From Obrimoposthia wandeli (lineage: Eukaryota): a stretch of DNA of 64,000 bases. Under the pieces are notes generated by a model, which ran no database searches, was not told the DNA's origin, and saw nothing but the letters and a program-made list of their open reading frames with translations. The stretch lies in NCBI GenBank assembly GCA_977020255.1, contig CDROCS010000253.1, positions 744,001 through 808,000 on the forward strand. The letters are read 5' to 3'. The translations under genes and the position numbers were made by a program. This document shows, one piece after another, positions 61,906-64,000 of the stretch (its first letter is position 1; each line of letters starts with the position of its first letter).

Positions 61906-64000
61906 ATGAGTCTATATTTAGAGTACATCAAAGAAATTGCAAGTCGTAAAACAGATCTAGGATTGGCTCCACTGCCAATTGACGCTGCTGCTTTATTATC
62001 TGAGATTATTGCGCAAATTAAAGATTCAGGAAATGAGCATCGCGAAGATTCCCTTAACTTTTTCATTTATAACACCTTGCCTGGAACAACCAGTGCTGCG
62101 GGTGTAAAAGCTATTTTCCTAAAAGAAATTATTTTAGGTGAATCTGTAGTAGCTGAAATCACACCAACATTTGCATTTGAATTGTTATCTCATATGAAAG
62201 GCGGCCCTTCAATTGTAGTGCTTCTTGATTTAGCCCTTTCTGACCTAACACAGGCTGATGACGCATCAGTAGCAAAAGCAGCGGCAGAAGTATTAAAAAC
62301 TCAAGTATTCTTATACGACGCAGATACAGCACGCCTTGAAGTAGCGTTTAAAGCAGGTAATGCACTTGCCAAAGAAATTTTAGAAAGCTACGCACAAGCA
62401 GAGTTCTTCACAAAATTACCTAATGTAGAAGAAAAAGTTGAAGTTGTTACTTATATTGCCGGTGAAGGTGATATCTCAACTGACTTACTTTCTCCTGGCC
62501 ATCAAGCGCATTCTCGTGCTGACCGTGAATTACACGGCCAATGCATGAGCACCCCAGAAGCTCAAGCAGAAATACTTGCATTACAAGTTAAACATCCTAA
62601 TGCAAAAGTGATGTTAATTGCTGAAAAAGGCACTATGGGTGTTGGTTCATCTCGTATGTCGGGTGTTAACAACGTTGCACTCTTAGCAGGTAAACAAGCA
62701 AGCCCGTACGTACCATTTATTAACATTGCCCCTGTAGTTGCTGGTACTAATGGTATTTCTCCAATCTTCTTAACTACCGTTGATGTAACTGGCGGTATTG
62801 GTCTTGACCTTAAAAACTGGGTTAAGAAAATAGATGCTAGCGGCAACACAGTTGTTGATGCAAATGGTGATGCAGTTTTAGAAGAAGCTTACTCAGTAGC
62901 AACGGGTACTGTGTTAACTATTGATACCAAAGCGAAGAAATTATACAACGGTGACAAAGAGCTTGCGGATATATCTTCAGCCTTTACACCACAGAAAGTA
63001 GAATTCATGAAAGCTGGTGGTTCTTACGCGGTAACATTTGGTAAGAAATTACAAACGTTCGCTGCACAAACACTTGGCGTAGCAACACCACCTGTCTATG
63101 CAACTTCAAAAGAAATTTCACATGAAGGTCAAGGTTTAACGGCCGTTGAAAAAATCTTTAATAACAACGCTGTTGGTGTAACATCTGAAACACCATTACA
63201 TGCTGGTTCAGATGTTCGCGTTAAAGTGAATATTGTTGGTTCTCAAGACACAACAGGTCCTATGACTTGTCAAGAACTTGAAGCAATGGCTGCTTCAACT
63301 ATCTCTCCATTGGTTGATGGTGCATACCAGTCTGGTTGTCACACAGCGTCCGTTTGGGATAGCAAAGCAAAAGCTAACATTCCAAAATTGATGGCATTCA
63401 TGAATAAATTCGGCCTTATCACAGCACGTGATCCTAAAGGCGAATATCATGCAATGACTGACGTTATTCATAAAGTATTGAATGATATTACGGTTGATGA
63501 CCGCGCTATCATCATTGGTGGTGACTCACATACTCGTATGTCTAAAGGTGTCGCCTTTGGTGCTGATTCGGGTACGGTGGCAATCGCGCTAGCCACAGGT
63601 GAATCGGCTATGCCAATCCCTGAATCTGTAAAAGTTACTTTTAAAGGTCATATGCAAGGCCACATGGATTTCCGTGACGTAGTTCACGCAACTCAAGCAC
63701 AAATGCTTAAGCAATTTGGTGGTGAAAACGTATTCCAAGGTCGTATCATTGAAGTGCATATTGGTACTTTATTAGCTGACCAAGCATTTACCTTTACAGA
63801 TTGGTCTGCAGAAATGAAGGCAAAAGCCTCAATATGTATTTCTGAAGATGAAACGTTAATTAAATCACTTGAGCTTGCTAAGAGCCGTATCCAAATCATG
63901 ATCAACAAGGGTATGGAAAACGAAGCGAAAACACTTAACGGTTTAATTGCATTAGCTGACAAACGCATCGAAGGCATTAAATCAGGTGAAACGCCTGCAT
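61906..64000 (+). CDS. Second, divergent AcnB-type aconitase, runs off the window end
   Basis: Not in the ORF track; read by hand from ATG 61906: MSLYLEYIKEIASRK..., EGDISTDLLSP, VGSSRMSG, GSQDTTGPMT, GGDSHTRM, GVAFGADSG. Confidence 0.9.
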   Translation, partial: MSLYLEYIKEIASRKTDLGLAPLPIDAAALLSEIIAQIKDSGNEHREDSLNFFIYNTLPGTTSAAGVKAIFLKEIILGESVVAEITPTFAFELLSHMKGGPSIVVLLDLALSDLTQADDASVAKAAAEVLKTQVFLYDADTARLEVAFKAGNALAKEILESYAQAEFFTKLPNVEEKVEVVTYIAGEGDISTDLLSPGHQAHSRADRELHGQCMSTPEAQAEILALQVKHPNAKVMLIAEKGTMGVGSSRMSGVNNVALLAGKQASPYVPFINIAPVVAGTNGISPIFLTTVDVTGGIGLDLKNWVKKIDASGNTVVDANGDAVLEEAYSVATGTVLTIDTKAKKLYNGDKELADISSAFTPQKVEFMKAGGSYAVTFGKKLQTFAAQTLGVATPPVYATSKEISHEGQGLTAVEKIFNNNAVGVTSETPLHAGSDVRVKVNIVGSQDTTGPMTCQELEAMAASTISPLVDGAYQSGCHTASVWDSKAKANIPKLMAFMNKFGLITARDPKGEYHAMTDVIHKVLNDITVDDRAIIIGGDSHTRMSKGVAFGADSGTVAIALATGESAMPIPESVKVTFKGHMQGHMDFRDVVHATQAQMLKQFGGENVFQGRIIEVHIGTLLADQAFTFTDWSAEMKAKASICISEDETLIKSLELAKSRIQIMINKGMENEAKTLNGLIALADKRIEGIKSGETPA

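Overview
AT-rich gammaproteobacterial chromosome segment. Gene content and order suggest a Colwellia-like marine organism (inference, no database check). The core is the minus-strand translation/transcription cluster: tRNA-Thr/Tyr/Gly/Thr, tuf, tRNA-Trp, secE, nusG, rplKAJL, rpoBC, rpsLG, fusA, tuf. Around it lie murB-birA-coaX-mtnN, acuR/acuI, a psp-like operon, cysJIH, epmA, a FabY-like ketoacyl synthase, topB, trhO and two divergent AcnB-type aconitases. There are two accessory patches. The first (17.6-20.0 kb) holds a REPIN-like inverted-repeat element, a truncated lipoprotein, a RAYT-like Y1 transposase and a dead cassette with attC-like remnants. The second (37.5-41.1 kb, between nusG and rplK) holds an ISAs1 with a 10-bp target duplication, a solute-binding protein, a voltage-gated Na+ channel and a probable GH9 remnant. 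No rRNA, CRISPR array, integrase or reverse transcriptase was seen. Best candidates for something undescribed: (i) a covarying GGAG-[5 bp stem, 4 nt loop]-TGAGTA module between stop codon and terminator of both tuf genes and acnB; (ii) a sigma54/IHF-driven pspA-pspC operon led by an unknown secreted protein, with no pspB or pspF; (iii) the RAYT/REPIN/attC-like patch. All family names come from recognised motifs, not searches.
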